Below, in pieces: positions 1 to 10,121 of a stretch of 20,000 nt of DNA. The notes under the pieces were generated by a model. That model ran no database searches. It saw nothing but the letters and a program-made list of their open reading frames with translations, and had not been told where the DNA came from. Within the stretch, counting starts at the first letter, position 1, and each line of letters starts with the position of its first letter. Source of the DNA: Chiloscyllium plagiosum (Eukaryota). The position numbers were made by a program, and so were the translations under genes. The stretch covers positions 99,288,950-99,308,949 of the forward strand of contig NC_057718.1 in NCBI RefSeq assembly GCF_004010195.1, read 5' to 3'.

Positions 1-314
1 CAGAGAGAAGGGCATCTTCTTCCTCTTTGGAGGTTCAATGGCTTCTGGCTATTCATTCACGTCCACAAGCTGCTCAGCTATTTGGGAGCCAAACACACAG
101 TCATTGGAAGGTGGAAGAACTTTGTCATCATTCCAATAACCAATCAACTCCTTGTTGCCTGCCGAAACTCCCTTCATACCCCCCTAGCCTGCCTCCAACT
201 AGATATCCCTCCACTGCTTAAACAAACAGCAGTGTAAACAACACTTACAATGAGTGCTTGTTTTTAAAACACAACTGGTTGGAATTAGGAAAAGGTAAGA
301 TATATATGTATATG

Positions 315-552
315 CAGAAAATGGGGGAGATGTGTGTAAGGGAGGAGTAAACAATGGGTGGAGGTGGAGCCCAGACAGAGTGCGAGAGAGAGAGAACAGA
401 AATCGGTCAGATAATGTTGAGCCTGGGAGAAAGAATAGCTGCTGTTGGGGCTATTAGTAAGTGAAACCGAATTGGCTGTTTTGCAAGCAGCTGTGTGATA
501 GGGTGTGGGGGTGGGGCAAGGACATGGAAGAATTATAATTATTAAAATTGCC
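315..552 (-). mobile_element. Degenerate Penelope-like element 3' region
   Basis: Purine-rich stretch (GAGTAAACAATGGGTGGAGGTGGAGCCCAGA...CCTGGGAGAAAGAATAGCTGCTG...AAGGACATGG) resembles the reverse strand of shark Penelope 3' regions as recalled. It abuts an opposite-orientation terminal-repeat relic at 576. Confidence 0.5.
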
Positions 553-575
553 AACGTTGTCCTGGCTGAAAACAA

Positions 576-662
576 TTCTGAAGAAGAGTTGCGGGATCCA
601 AAATGGCGACTCTGGTTTCTTTCACAACACTACCTGACCTGTTGGCTTTCTCCAACAATTTC
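576..662 (+). mobile_element. Penelope terminal-repeat relic with decayed hammerhead core
   Basis: CTGAAGA at 578-584, a broken stem and CAAAA in place of CGAAA, then CTACCTGACCTGTTGGCTTTCTCCAACA. The last part matches the CTGCCTGACCTGCTGTGCTTTTCCAACA block at 8998-9025. Confidence 0.55.
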
Positions 663-1387
663 ACCATAACTTACATCACTTTAACAGATGTTTTGATTTT
701 GCTTTTTAATCAAAGTTAACAAATAGTATTCACAAATGATGCTTCAAATCAAACTAATGAAAAGCATGCTTTTCATTAAACTCCGTAAAGCAGGATATTA
801 CGAGAAAACTTTCTTCCAGGACCAATCGCTAATCTTTTATGTCAAGCATTTCAGCTACTCCATGGACAACTGTCAATTGTCTTTTTGATGAAGTTCCTTT
901 TTCATAAAGCCGGTTAATCAAAGGAATATTGGAATTTTGTTAAAACCTGATACTAGCTGACAAGAATAATTGCTTGTGTTTAGAAAGTGTGTTTGACATA
1001 GAGAAAGGAATGCTTCATAACTCTAACCTCAGTCCACATTTGGTTGGCTGGTTGCAGACCAGGACCAGATGTGACATCAGCACTGCTCCTTGATTTGGTA
1101 AGGAAGAAATCAGTCAGCATTTCACTCAGATGGTAACGCCTGTGTTTGTGTGAAAGCGGGTGAGGACAAGATTAAACTCCCCTGGCAGAGTGCCGTTCAC
1201 TGTTGAGACACTGATACTGACTGAGGTTAAGGACCAGGTAAACAAACCTGTGAGGCTATATCCATGGTGGGCTAGAACTCAGGAGGAGAAAATAATAAGA
1301 AAGGAAACAATTGTGTCAGACATTGATCATGAGCTAATTTCAATTTATCTTCTGATGGAAGGATATTTCACTTGTTTTGACTGGGCC

Positions 1388-1681
1388 TTAGGATTAGATT
1401 CCCTACAGGGTGGAAACAGGCCCTTCAGCCCAACAAGTCCACACCGACCCTCCGAAGAGTAACCCACCCAGACCCATTTCCCAGCGAATGATGCACCTAA
1501 CTCTATGGGCAATTTAGCGTGGCCAATCCACCCTAACCTGCACATGTTTGTATTGTGGGAGGAAATGAACGCAGACACGGGGAGAATGTGCAAACTCCAC
1601 ACAGTCACCCTAGGCTGGAATCGAACCCGGGTCTCTGGCATTGTGATGCAGCAGTGCTAACCACTGAGCCACCGTGCCACC
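1388..1681 (-). mobile_element. HE1-type tRNA-derived SINE, near full length
   Basis: Minus strand has A-box GTGGCTCAGTGG, B-box GGTTCGATTCC, V-SINE-like core TGTGTGGAGTTTGCACATTCTCCCCGTGTCTGC and a CR1-like tail ending AATCTAATCCTAA. Homologous to five other copies in the window. Confidence 0.92.
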
Positions 1682-1819
1682 TCAATGACATGGCCATTTA
1701 AAGCACATACAGTACGCTTCCCACAGAGGCTGGCTTATGGCGTAGGTGTGGCATTGACACAACACAGTGCCATAGAGAAATATGATCTCGACATCAGGGC
1801 AAGACTTACACAGTTAATG

Positions 1820-2664
1820 ATAAGGACCTGGGGAGTGTTGCTGAACAAAGAGACCTTGGAGTGCAGGTTCATAGTTCCCACAGGTAGATAGGATAGTGAA
1901 GAAGGCATTTGGTATGCTTTCCTTTATTGGTCAGAACGTTGAGAATAGGAGTTAGGAAATTAGGTTGTGGCTGTACAGGACGCTTTTGGAATATTGTGTA
2001 CAATTCTGTTCTCCCCACAACAGGAAGGATGTCGTGAAACTTGAAAGAGAGTTCAGAAAAGATTAACAAGGATGTTGCCAGGGTTGGAGGGTTTGATCTA
2101 TAGGGAGAGGCTGAATAGGCTGGGCTTGTTTTCCCTGGAGCCGTCGGGGGCTGAGGGGTGACCTTGTAGAGGTTTATAAAATCATGAGGAGTATGGATAG
2201 GGTGAATGGATAAGGTCTACTTCCTGGGATGGGGGTATCCGCAAACTAGACAGCATAGGTTTAAGGTGAGTGGGGAAAAGTGTAAAAGGGACCTAAGGGG
2301 TAATTTCTTCATGCAGAGGGTGGTGCATGTATGGGATGAGCTGCCAGAGGAAGTGGTGGAGGCTGGTACAATTACAACATTTAAAAGACATCTGGATGGG
2401 TCTATCAATAAGGATATAGTTTCCTAATGAAGGGCTTTGGCCCAAAACGTCGGTTTTCCTGCTCTTTGGGTGCTGCCTGACCTGCAACACACTCTCAACT
2501 CTGACCTCCAGCATCTGCAGACCTCACTGTCTCCATATGAATAAGAGGGGTTTAGAGGGATATGGGCAAGTGCTGGCAAATGGAACTAGATTAATTTAGG
2601 ATATCTGGTCGGCATGGACAAGTTAGACCGAAGGGTCTGTTTCCGTGCTGGACATCTCTGACTC
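1820..2664 (+). mobile_element. CR1/HER1 LINE 3' fragment (decayed ORF2 C-terminus and 3' UTR), interrupted at 2421-2534
   Basis: Translation RGNFFMQRVVHVWDELPEEVVEAGTITTFKRHLD is the typical CR1 ORF2 end. Upstream GACCTTGGAGTGCAGGTTCAT encodes DLGVQVH. Tail is GAAGGGTCTGTTTCCGTGCTG...TGACTCT. Confidence 0.92.
2421..2534 (+). mobile_element. Penelope terminal-repeat fragment nested in CR1, mutated hammerhead core
   Basis: CTAATGA-A-GGGC-TTTG-GCCC-AAAA-CGTC, then GCTGCCTGACCTG...CTCCAGCATCTGCAGACCTCACTGTCTCC, homologous to 8977-9074. Flanked by TATCAATAAG (2403-2412) and TATGAATAAG (2536-2545). Confidence 0.85.
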
Positions 2665-3304
2665 TGGGTTGGCACTGTTGCCAAACTGCCTGACTTTGTA
2701 TCAGAGCTAAACAGCGAGGGGGCACAGAATGATTGTGAACTTTCCTAGCTGGGGGGACTCAAGAGTAAAATTGCCAGGCAAGGCAATGCTGTCGGCATCC
2801 AGGAGGGTGCAAAGTGAGTGGATGCCAAGTGTGCAGCCCTGAGATGCACTGGGTCCCGTCTCTGCGTGTAAATTGTCCTCATGGCAGTATCGTAATGGAA
2901 AGGTGCTGGTGCATTCCAATAGGCAGCAGTGAAGTGAGGAGCCACATTGTAAGTGGATTCGTGATGTGCCATATGGATTTGGTGAGGCTGGATGCCAATG
3001 TGTGTAGACTCGCAGTCATTGCCAGTGGTGCCTGCCCTGAGATGTTACCTGTCCTATATGGAGAAGCAAAGGAGGACATGGTTAAGCTGGAGTCACCAAT
3101 TATCCCCTCGGACCATCATGGTGGGAATCGTCACTGTCTTGTTTCTCTCTGGTGAGTGACAGAATAGGAAACATGAGGCGATGTTAGTAATAATTATGTA
3201 TCAATCTAGGTTAGTGCACTCTCTAGCAATAATCCCATATTGCCAATCAAACGTTGGGTTGAAAATTAGCTCTTGGTGTCTGGAAGCTTCTCTCTGGCCA
3301 TTTC

Positions 3305-3375
3305 ATGGGATTCTTCCCAACTTTCCCCTCGCTCATTGTCTGGCAAGATTCCACCCACAGGGACGTTTGTTGCAG
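3305..3375 (+). CDS. Candidate short first coding exon (MGFFPTFPSLIVWQDSTHRDVCC + phase 2), unassigned
   Basis: ATG at 3305 open to a consensus donor CAG|GTAAGT at 3375/3376. GCCAATCA at 3242-3249. Lies in repeat-poor sequence. No recognisable homology. Confidence 0.2.
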
Positions 3376-4077
3376 GTAAGTCAATCAGTATGATCTATTT
3401 ATGGAAAGACAATGGATTTTGTGGTTTTCAGGGAAATGAATCTGGAAGAACGTGTCAAAAGAGTTACTTAATTCATGAGGGCCAAGTAATATTTGAAAGC
3501 CTCGCAATTAAGTAGTTTTATGGGAAAAAAGATGGTCTGGTTGTTCATCAGAGAATTAAAACCTCTTATATCATAGATCAGCTCTTAAAAACAGTTTGGT
3601 TTTCCTGCTTGTGACTCTGCCAATGGTTTTGCGAAATGGAAGAGATTGTTTCCCAGGTGATTGATTGATAAGTCCTTGTTGGGAAGGATAAGCTTACTTT
3701 GGAACACACTTTAAGAGCTATCTGGCTGTTTGCAAACAAAAGGGCTGTTTTGTCTTTGACATCTATGGATATACTGTGACAGGTAAACGCCTTCTTGGCT
3801 TTATTCTATCTGAATAGTTAAACAATACATTTCAGTCGGTTTCATCTCTGAGGAGGTAATTTTCAACTGTATCCATTTCCAAGCACACTTATACCAAGCT
3901 CACCGTGAATTGGGGGTTATGTTGCTTGCCCAGAATGATCTGTTAAGATACTCTCACACCTCCTTCCACTATGTTGGATATCCAGTCTCCAGAATGCTCA
4001 GAGGAATCAGGTGAATAGAGGACAGTTGTGGTCCCTGATGCAAATCTATTGGGGCCTTTGTTTGAGATTTTCAGAGG

Positions 4078-4612
4078 CCCAGAATGAGAGGGCATAGGTT
4101 TAGGGTGAGAGGGGAACGTTTTAAAGCAATTGGCTTCCAAGCAATTTCTCAGCATGGTCTGCAATTGACAATTAATCCAATCCCAACAAAGTAAGAACAA
4201 CAGTAAAGCCTCATAATACAGAGAGCTGGAGTAGGCCATTCTGCCCATCAAGTCTGTCCTACCATTCAGTCTGATCGTGGGTGGTTGAACACTTTAATGC
4301 CTTTTACATGCCCCATAAACCATGTAAGCCACTGGTAATCATAAATCTACCAACTATTGTCTTAATCGTACTCAAAGACTGAGCCTTCAACTCCCTCAGT
4401 GGTAATTTTTTCATGCAGAAGTGGTCAGTGTATGGAATGAGCTGCCAGAGGAAGTGACAATATTTAAAAGGCGTCTGGATGGGGATATGAATGGGAAGGG
4501 TTTAGAGGGATATGGACCAAGTGCTGGCAAATGGAACTCGATTAGTTTAGGATACCTGGTTGGCATGGACGAGTTGGACCGAGGGATTTGTTTCCGTGCT
4601 TACAGATGACTC
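4078..4612 (+). mobile_element. CR1 3' fragment split by a templated insertion (4120-4404)
   Basis: GGGCATAGGTTTAGGGTGAGAGGGGAA (4090-4116) and GGTAATTTTTTCATGCAGA...GTATGGAATGAGCTGCCAGAGG (4401 onward; VWNELPEEV) are contiguous in the CR1 copy at 2252-2352. Confidence 0.85.
4120..4404 (+). repeat. Direct-repeat copy of 4807-5107 (~285 bp local duplication)
   Basis: Both start TTTAAAGCA(A/T)TTGGCTTCCAAGCAATTTCTCAGCATGG and end GAGCCTTCAA..CCTCAGT(G/A)GTA. Colinear with scattered substitutions and a few short indels. Confidence 0.95.
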
Positions 4613-4798
4613 GAAGTCACACGACACCAGGTTACAGCCCAACAGGTTTGTGTGAAATAGCAAGCTTTTGGAGCACTTTTCCTTTGTCAGGTACAGTCAG
4701 GTGACTTCACCTGACGAAGGGACAGTGCTCTGAAAGCTTGGTGTCATGTGGCTTCTGACCTTGCCCACCCAAATCCAACACTGGCACCTCCACATCAT
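4613..4798. mobile_element. Palindromic Penelope-derived short element with hammerhead-core relics
   Basis: CAAGCTTTTGGAGCAC...TGTCAGGT (4661-4692) is inverted relative to ACCTGACGAAGGGACAGTGCTCTGAAAGCTTG (4709-4740). GAAGTCACACGACACC pairs with GGTGTCATGTGGCTTC. Same family as 19024-19246. Confidence 0.8.
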
Positions 4799-4914
4799 AA
4801 CTTTGATTTAAAGCATTTGGCTTCCAAGCAATTTCTCAGCATGGCCTGCAATCGACAATTTATCCAATCCCAATAAAGTAAGAGCAGCGGTACAGCCTCA
4901 TAATACAGAGGGAA

Positions 4915-5203
4915 AAGGGAGCTGGTGTTGGCCACATTCTGCCCATCGAGTCTGTCCTACCATTCAATCTGATCGTGGGTGGTTGAACACTTTAATGCCT
5001 TTTACAGGCCCCATCCCCATAAACCATGTAAGCCACTTGTAATCGTAAATCTACCAACTATTGTCTTAATCGTACTCAAAGTCTGAGCCTTCAAATCCTC
5101 AGTAGTAGAGAACTCCAAAGATTCACAAGCCCCTGAGTAAAACACAATTCTCTTCATCCCAGACACAAGAGGCATCCCCCTCATTTTTAAATGGTGCCCC
5201 CAC
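4915..5203 (-). mobile_element. Decayed CR1 3' fragment
   Basis: GGCCACATTCTGCCCATCGAGTCTG...CCATTCAAT reverse tail and CCAAAGATTCACAAGCCCCTGAGTAAAA (reverse of the F.QR.VNLW-type motif). Confidence 0.7.
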
Positions 5204-5353
5204 CGCCTCAAGGCAGTATAAGTTACTTAAGGTTTGTGCATGTGAAGATCTTCATTTTTAAGTAATTATTTTATGCGCTCACCAGTCCATTATTTTGCCT
5301 GAGCCGCTCCATTTCATAGACCTTAGCCAGGAAGCAGTAGAAGTACAGGTTGA

Positions 5354-5472
5354 GAATCATAGAATCCCAACAGTGTGGAAGCAGGCCATTCGGCCTATCT
5401 ACTCCACACCGCCCCGCTGAAGACCATCCCACCCAAACCCATCCCATCTCTGTAACCCTGCACTTCCAATGG
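5354..5472 (-). mobile_element. HE1-type SINE 3' fragment
   Basis: AGAATCATAGAATCCCAACAGTGTGGAAGCAGGCCATTCGGCC matches the reversed tail of the SINE copies at 13241 and 14321. Confidence 0.8.
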
Positions 5473-5587
5473 TTCCCGTGAGAGTCCTGGAGTGGCAGCT
5501 GTTGGAGCCCAGGTTGCTCCCCAGTGATAGGCTTGCTGGAATTGGGCTCTGTGAAGCTTCAGCTCAGGCAATACATGAGACTACCAT

Positions 5588-5692
5588 AAGTTGCAAGACT
5601 ACCCTCCAAGCCCCTCACCATCCTGACTTGGAAAACCATTGCCATTGCTTCAGCCTTGCGGGGTCAAGATCCTGGAACACCACCTCTCATGA
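5588..5692 (+). mobile_element. Short L2/CR1-group LINE 3' relic
   Basis: CCCTCCAAGCCCCTCACCATCCTGACTTGGAAA...GGGTCAAGATCCTGGAACACC (G.RSWN motif), typical of LINE ORF2 ends as recalled. Confidence 0.55.
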
Positions 5693-6812
5693 CACCGTGA
5701 CAATCTTAACAAATGGTGGAGCAGGCTCAGGGGAGCTGCTACTCGTGAGTACGATCAAAAATATTGGTGAGTTGCATTTTCTGATGTGTGGTATGAACAT
5801 TACAAAGAGTAGCTCCGAGATACAATCTGTAAATTGCTCTTGGCACCAACAATAACTTGCAGTAGACCAGTCCATTCACAGAGCAATCAACGTTCCCCAC
5901 ATCTCTTGGTCACAGACCTTGTACACACGGGGCCTCTGTGACCAGTATCCGGCGTGTCAGCAAGTCTGAAGTACAACCATATCTTGCGCATAATGGCATC
6001 TCCTTTTCTGCACAGAATAATGCACCTTTTCATTTGCGACATGTGCTTCTAATTGAAAATTCTTTGAAATGCCGTTTAAACACATTTACTTGACTTCAAT
6101 AAGAAAAGAACAATGGAAATCTTTCATAACGCTAACTTATGTTTGTTGGAAGTTGAGGAAGTGCATACACTCTCCCTCACAATGAAATTGTTGGGCTGTT
6201 TTACAATCGGGCCCTTTGAAAAGGGCTCAGCCAAAGCCAGCTCCATGGTTAGATTTGGGGGTCAAAGTTGATAGGGAGTTGTGTAAACCACCTCCACACT
6301 GTTTGAACTACTCTGTTCTTCATGCACTCAGAATCTCCAAGCTTATGAGTTTAATGATACTGTCTGACCGTGCCAAAAAAGTTCAAAAGCTGTATGACTG
6401 CAAAGAATTTTAATCAGCTGTGAGGCATCATTGGGTCAACTGATAATTGTGACTCAGATCACCTTTATTTCCCCTGCTCCTTCTATTTCGGGCCCATCTT
6501 TGGAAGGAACCGCTGCCCTACTACCACCAACTGATCCCCCCCCCAGAATCCTCCCCCCAACTCCCCAGGCTCCATCCAAAGCCATCTCTAAGGCCCCTAT
6601 GAGAGTCTGTAGTTTGGGCCTGCTGCTGTACAACAATGGCTCCTTTGTAACCAAGGGTGTTCCTGAAGTTGTGAGAGAGCAGGCCTTGCCTGACTTCAGT
6701 GGAGGAGCCACAATTGGATCTTGACTCTTGTATGATGGGAATGGGAGGCCAGGAAGCACATTTCTCAGCGCTACACCCTTGCCCTGACTCCTCCCAACTC
6801 CCATTTAACTAT

Positions 6813-6817
<5 letters not shown>

Positions 6818-6843
<26 letters not shown>
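6818..6843. repeat. (AG)13 microsatellite
   Basis: Read directly from the sequence. Confidence 0.95.
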
Positions 6844-7020
6844 CTCAGAATCAGGCCATTCAGCACATCATGTCAACAGTGACTCTCTAAGTGAGCAATT
6901 CACCATTCTCCTGCCTTCTGTCTGTAATCCTGCATGTCCTTCCTTTTCAGGCAATGACCTAATTTCCTTTTGAAGCCCTTATTACACCCATCTCTACCAC
7001 ACTACTCATTCTAGATGGGC

Positions 7021-7602
7021 CAATCATGAAGGTGCATCGTTCTAGGGTAAGGGGGAGGTGATTCAGAGGGGATTTGAGTAAAACGTGTTTTCACTCAGAG
7101 GGTGGTGGGAATCTGGAATGGACTGCTTGGGAAGGCAGAGGAGCACTTGAAATAGCATAACATTCAAGGATTTGGGACAATGAATGAAATTGGGATTAGC
7201 ACACGTTTAGTAGTAGGTATGTTGTGAAAACTCAAAGGGCCTTTTATCATGGAACCCATAGAGTGTGGCCATTTGGCCCATCAAGTCTACACCAACTCTC
7301 TGAAGAGCATCCCAACCAGACTCACCCCCCCAACCTATATTTCCCATGGCTAATCCAACAAACCTATACTTCCCTACACACCATGGGGCAATTTCCCGTG
7401 GCCAGTCCACCTTAACATACACATCTTTGGATTGTGGGTGGAAACAGGAGAACCCAGAGGAGGCCACACAGGGAGAACATGCGAACTCCACACAGACAGT
7501 TCCCAAAGCTGCAATTGAACCCAGGTCTCTGGCACTGTGAGGTAGTGGTGTTAACCACTGAGCCACCATGTCACCTCTATGCTATAGGACTCTATGACTC
7601 TA
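7021..7602 (+). mobile_element. CR1 3' fragment with an HE1 SINE inserted in its tail
   Basis: TTCACTCAGAGGGTGGTGGGAATCTGGAAT (FTQRVVGIWN). The tail AAAGGGCCTTT stops at ~7244 and resumes as CTCTATGCTATAGGACTCTATGACTCTA after 7575. Confidence 0.75.
7247..7575 (-). mobile_element. HE1-type SINE
   Basis: Minus strand GGTGGCTCAGTGGTTAACAC (A-box), GGTTCAATTGC (B-box), TGTGTGGAGTTCGCATGTTCTCCC core. Confidence 0.9.
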
Positions 7603-7701
7603 GATCCAAACTGCTCACTGTGTGAAAATGAGTTTTTCCTGTATGTGTCTAATGTTTGACAAGCTGTTTTCACATAGGATTCCTGTTTGAATCACCTAAT
7701 G

Positions 7702-7906
7702 GTCACAGTATAGAAGGTGTCCATTCAGCCCATTGTATCTGTGATGTCCCTCTGCAAGGGAAAACCTGACTCGTCCCACCACCTTGTTATTTCCCATGAA
7801 GGCCAGCAATTTATTTCTTCTTTCAGATCATTATCCTTTTCCCTTTCAAAAGCCACTGTTGAATCCTCCTTCTCTGGCAGATTCCAGATCCTAACCACTT
7901 GCTGTA
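7702..7906 (-). mobile_element. Decayed CR1 3' fragment
   Basis: CCATTCAGCCCATTG tail and TTCCAGATCCTAACCACTTGCTG (reverse reads QVVRIWN). Confidence 0.65.
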
Positions 7907-8137
7907 CCTGTCAGGGGTCATTCAGAGCCCTGGAAGTGGGTATTCACTCATTCCAATTGGCATTGCCATCACAAAGTGCACAAACAGTGCATCAGTGATG
8001 CAGTAGCCAGCAGCAGGTTGAGAAATTCCGGAAGGTTCTCCCATTGGCTTGTGGAGTAATTTGGAGTTGAATAAGTGAAGAGCAGAGAGTCCTTTGATGG
8101 ACAGTGGCCAATGTGCATCCAACAGGAGATGATGACC

Positions 8138-8580
8138 AAGTGGTTTCACTGGATTATTAATCCAGGGAATGTTCTGGGGATGTGGAGTTTGCCTTCAAAT
8201 CAAATCTGGAATTAAGAGTCAAACTGATGAACTGATTTTTATATTTAAAACCTGTCCGGTTCACTAATGTCCTTTAGGGAAGAAAATCTGCCATCCTTAC
8301 CTGCTCTGGACTCCAGACCTACAGCAATGTGGTTATCTCTTGTTTTTCTAACTATATATTTTTTATAACTACTAAATAGCAGTAGTGCTTATTTTTCTCC
8401 AGCACCCATGTTGTGTCTGTGTAGGTGTAGGACACAGTGAAGAAACATCAAAAACTTTATTTGTATTCCACCACCAGCTAGAAAAAAACACCTGAGCACG
8501 TGGTTGTCTCTTAACTGCCCTCTGGGCAATTAGGGACTCGCAATAAATGTTGGCCAGGCCAGTGAGTGAACTTAAAAAAT
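8138..8580 (+). mobile_element. tRNA-headed SINE with LINE-like tail (second family), interrupted at 8342-8499
   Basis: Colinear with 10476-11190: CTGGA.T.TTAATC...TTCTGGGGA...TCTGGAATTAAGA...GGTTCA.TA.TGT.CTTTAG...CTCTGGGCAATTAGGGA. Confidence 0.8.
8342..8499 (-). mobile_element. 158-bp A-tailed retro-insertion with 13-bp TSD
   Basis: Flanked by GTGGTTATCTCTT (8329-8341) and GTGGTTGTCTCTT (8500-8512). The T-rich left end corresponds to an A-rich 3' end on the minus strand. Confidence 0.75.
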
Positions 8581-8644
8581 TGTTCCTTCCATAAGGGCCA
8601 CATTAGCCTTGCTCTCAAATCCCTCCATTATCTTGTCCCTGACT

Positions 8645-9075
8645 GCTAAGGACATGCAGGTCCAGGGCATCCTCCATCACCAAATCCTAACCACCCAACA
8701 CCTGGAGGAAGAACACCTCATCTTCCACCTTGGGACTCTGCAACCACACGGGAATAATGTGGTATTCACCAATTTCCTCATTTCCCCTCTTCCAACATTA
8801 CCCCAGTCCCAAGCTTCCAACTCGGCACCTCCCTCTTGACCTGTCCATCGTCTTTCCCATCTCTCCGCTCCAGCGTCCTCTCCGACCTATCACTTTCTCC
8901 CCCACCTTCATCGACCTATTGCATTCTCAGCTATCTTCCCTCTGGCCCCACTCCCTTCCCCTTTATCTCTCAGCCGGATTCTCCCGCTCCCCGGATGCTG
9001 CCTGACCTGCTGTGCTTTTCCAACACCTCAGTCTTCGACTCTGATCTCCAGCATCTGCAGTCCTCACTTTCTCCT
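8645..9075 (+). mobile_element. Penelope-like element 3' fragment (GIY-YIG endonuclease C-terminus, 3' UTR, terminal repeat)
   Basis: KDMQVQGILHHQILTTQHLEEEHLIFHLGTLQPHGNNVVF carries the E..LIF.LGTL.P.G.N motif of Penelope GIY-YIG domains. It ends GATGCTGCCTGACCTGCTGTGCTTTTCCA...CTCCAGCATCTGCAGTCCTCACTTTCTCC. Confidence 0.9.
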
Positions 9076-9089
9076 GTTATCTCTCTATC

Positions 9090-9248
9090 TCTGTAATCGC
9101 CTCCATCCTGAAAACTGTATGAAATACTATCTGACTGTGGCCTCTCAACCTCTCCACTACTGGCAGCCATGCATTCAATAGCCAAAGCTCTAAGGTTTGG
9201 ATTTCCCTCCCTAAATCCCTCTACCTCCAAGATACCTGTTAAAACCAA
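9090..9248 (+). mobile_element. L2-like LINE 3' relic
   Basis: GGCAGCCATGCATTCAATAGCCAAAGCTCTAAGGTTTGGATTTCCCTCCCTAAA resembles the G..AF....P.LWNSLP motif. Confidence 0.6.
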
Positions 9249-9388
9249 GTAGCTTGCTGATGGTTAGATACCCTGATGTCACATTAAGTACCTGCAAAGG
9301 TTATTGGGGGGAGCAGGGCCCGGGGCAAGGAGGCAGGAAAACTGAATAATCAAATCAGTCAAAATTGTGTTGCATGCTATGCTAGGGA

Positions 9389-9476
9389 CTGAGTAGACAC
9401 ACAGGAGGCAAGAAGGACGCAGCAAACCAGGAGAAGTCAAGATATGTGGTATAACCCTTCTTCAGGACTAGAGGGG
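9389..9476 (-). mobile_element. Penelope terminal-repeat relic (same family as 12279 and 12744)
   Basis: Minus strand AGTCCTGAAGAAGGGTTATACC...TTGACTTCTCC...GCCTCCTGTGTGTCTACTCAG. The GAAA of the core is lost. Confidence 0.75.
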
Positions 9477-9862
9477 CTGTGTGGCCTACGCCAGACCCTA
9501 ATTCATAAGCTTACCAGGCAGCATTTGGCTCGGAGAAGGACTGAAACCTTGACTTGATGTGCAGTAATTATGGATGAGCTATAGTGTTTGTGTTGACCGG
9601 CCTGGGCAGAATGAGACAATCATCCCTGTTCCTGCTTACAGTGTGAGATTTACCGATACTTTTGACCGGAGGATCACCTCACCAGGAATAAGGTGTCAGG
9701 AGAGGAATGAGTAAAGTTGTCAGCTGTACAAAAATGTAGAAAAATAAGTATTTTCACAATTTCAGCAGGACTGTAATCTCTGCATATATGTATGTTGGCC
9801 CAGTGTCAGACTTTTTCTTGACAATGCTCCTATGACATGCCAGAATGAGAGATGTTAAATAA

Positions 9863-10121
9863 ATAGAATCCCTACAGTGCGGATAGAGGCCATTTGGCCC
9901 ATCAAGTCTATGCCAAACCTCCAAGCAACATCCCATCCAGACTTACACTTCCCAACACTCCATTTCCCATGGCGAATCCACCTAACCTGCACATCTTTGG
10001 ACTGTGGGAGGAAACCCATGCAGACACGGGGAGAACGTGCAAACTCCCCACAGGCTGTAGGGTGGAATCAAACCTGGGTCCCTAGCACTGTGAGGCAGCA
10101 GTACAAACCACTGAGCCACCA
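9863..10121 (-). mobile_element. HE1-type SINE
   Basis: Homologous to 1388-1681. Minus strand GGTGGCTCAGTGG and GGTTTGATTCC boxes. Confidence 0.9.

Noticed and set aside
1..221. 64-aa ORF or possible Penelope GIY-YIG remnant at the window start
   Set aside because: Non-ATG start and only vague motif resemblance, so it cannot be supported.
2707..3155. Cluster of overlapping 66-113 aa ORFs
   Set aside because: No recognisable motif or clear splice boundaries. Probably chance ORFs or an old unrecognised repeat.
5886..6010. Possible minus-strand exon after TTCTGTGCAG (KGDAIMRKIWLYFRLADT...)
   Set aside because: Weak polypyrimidine tract, all frames stop within about 40 codons, and no homology recognised.
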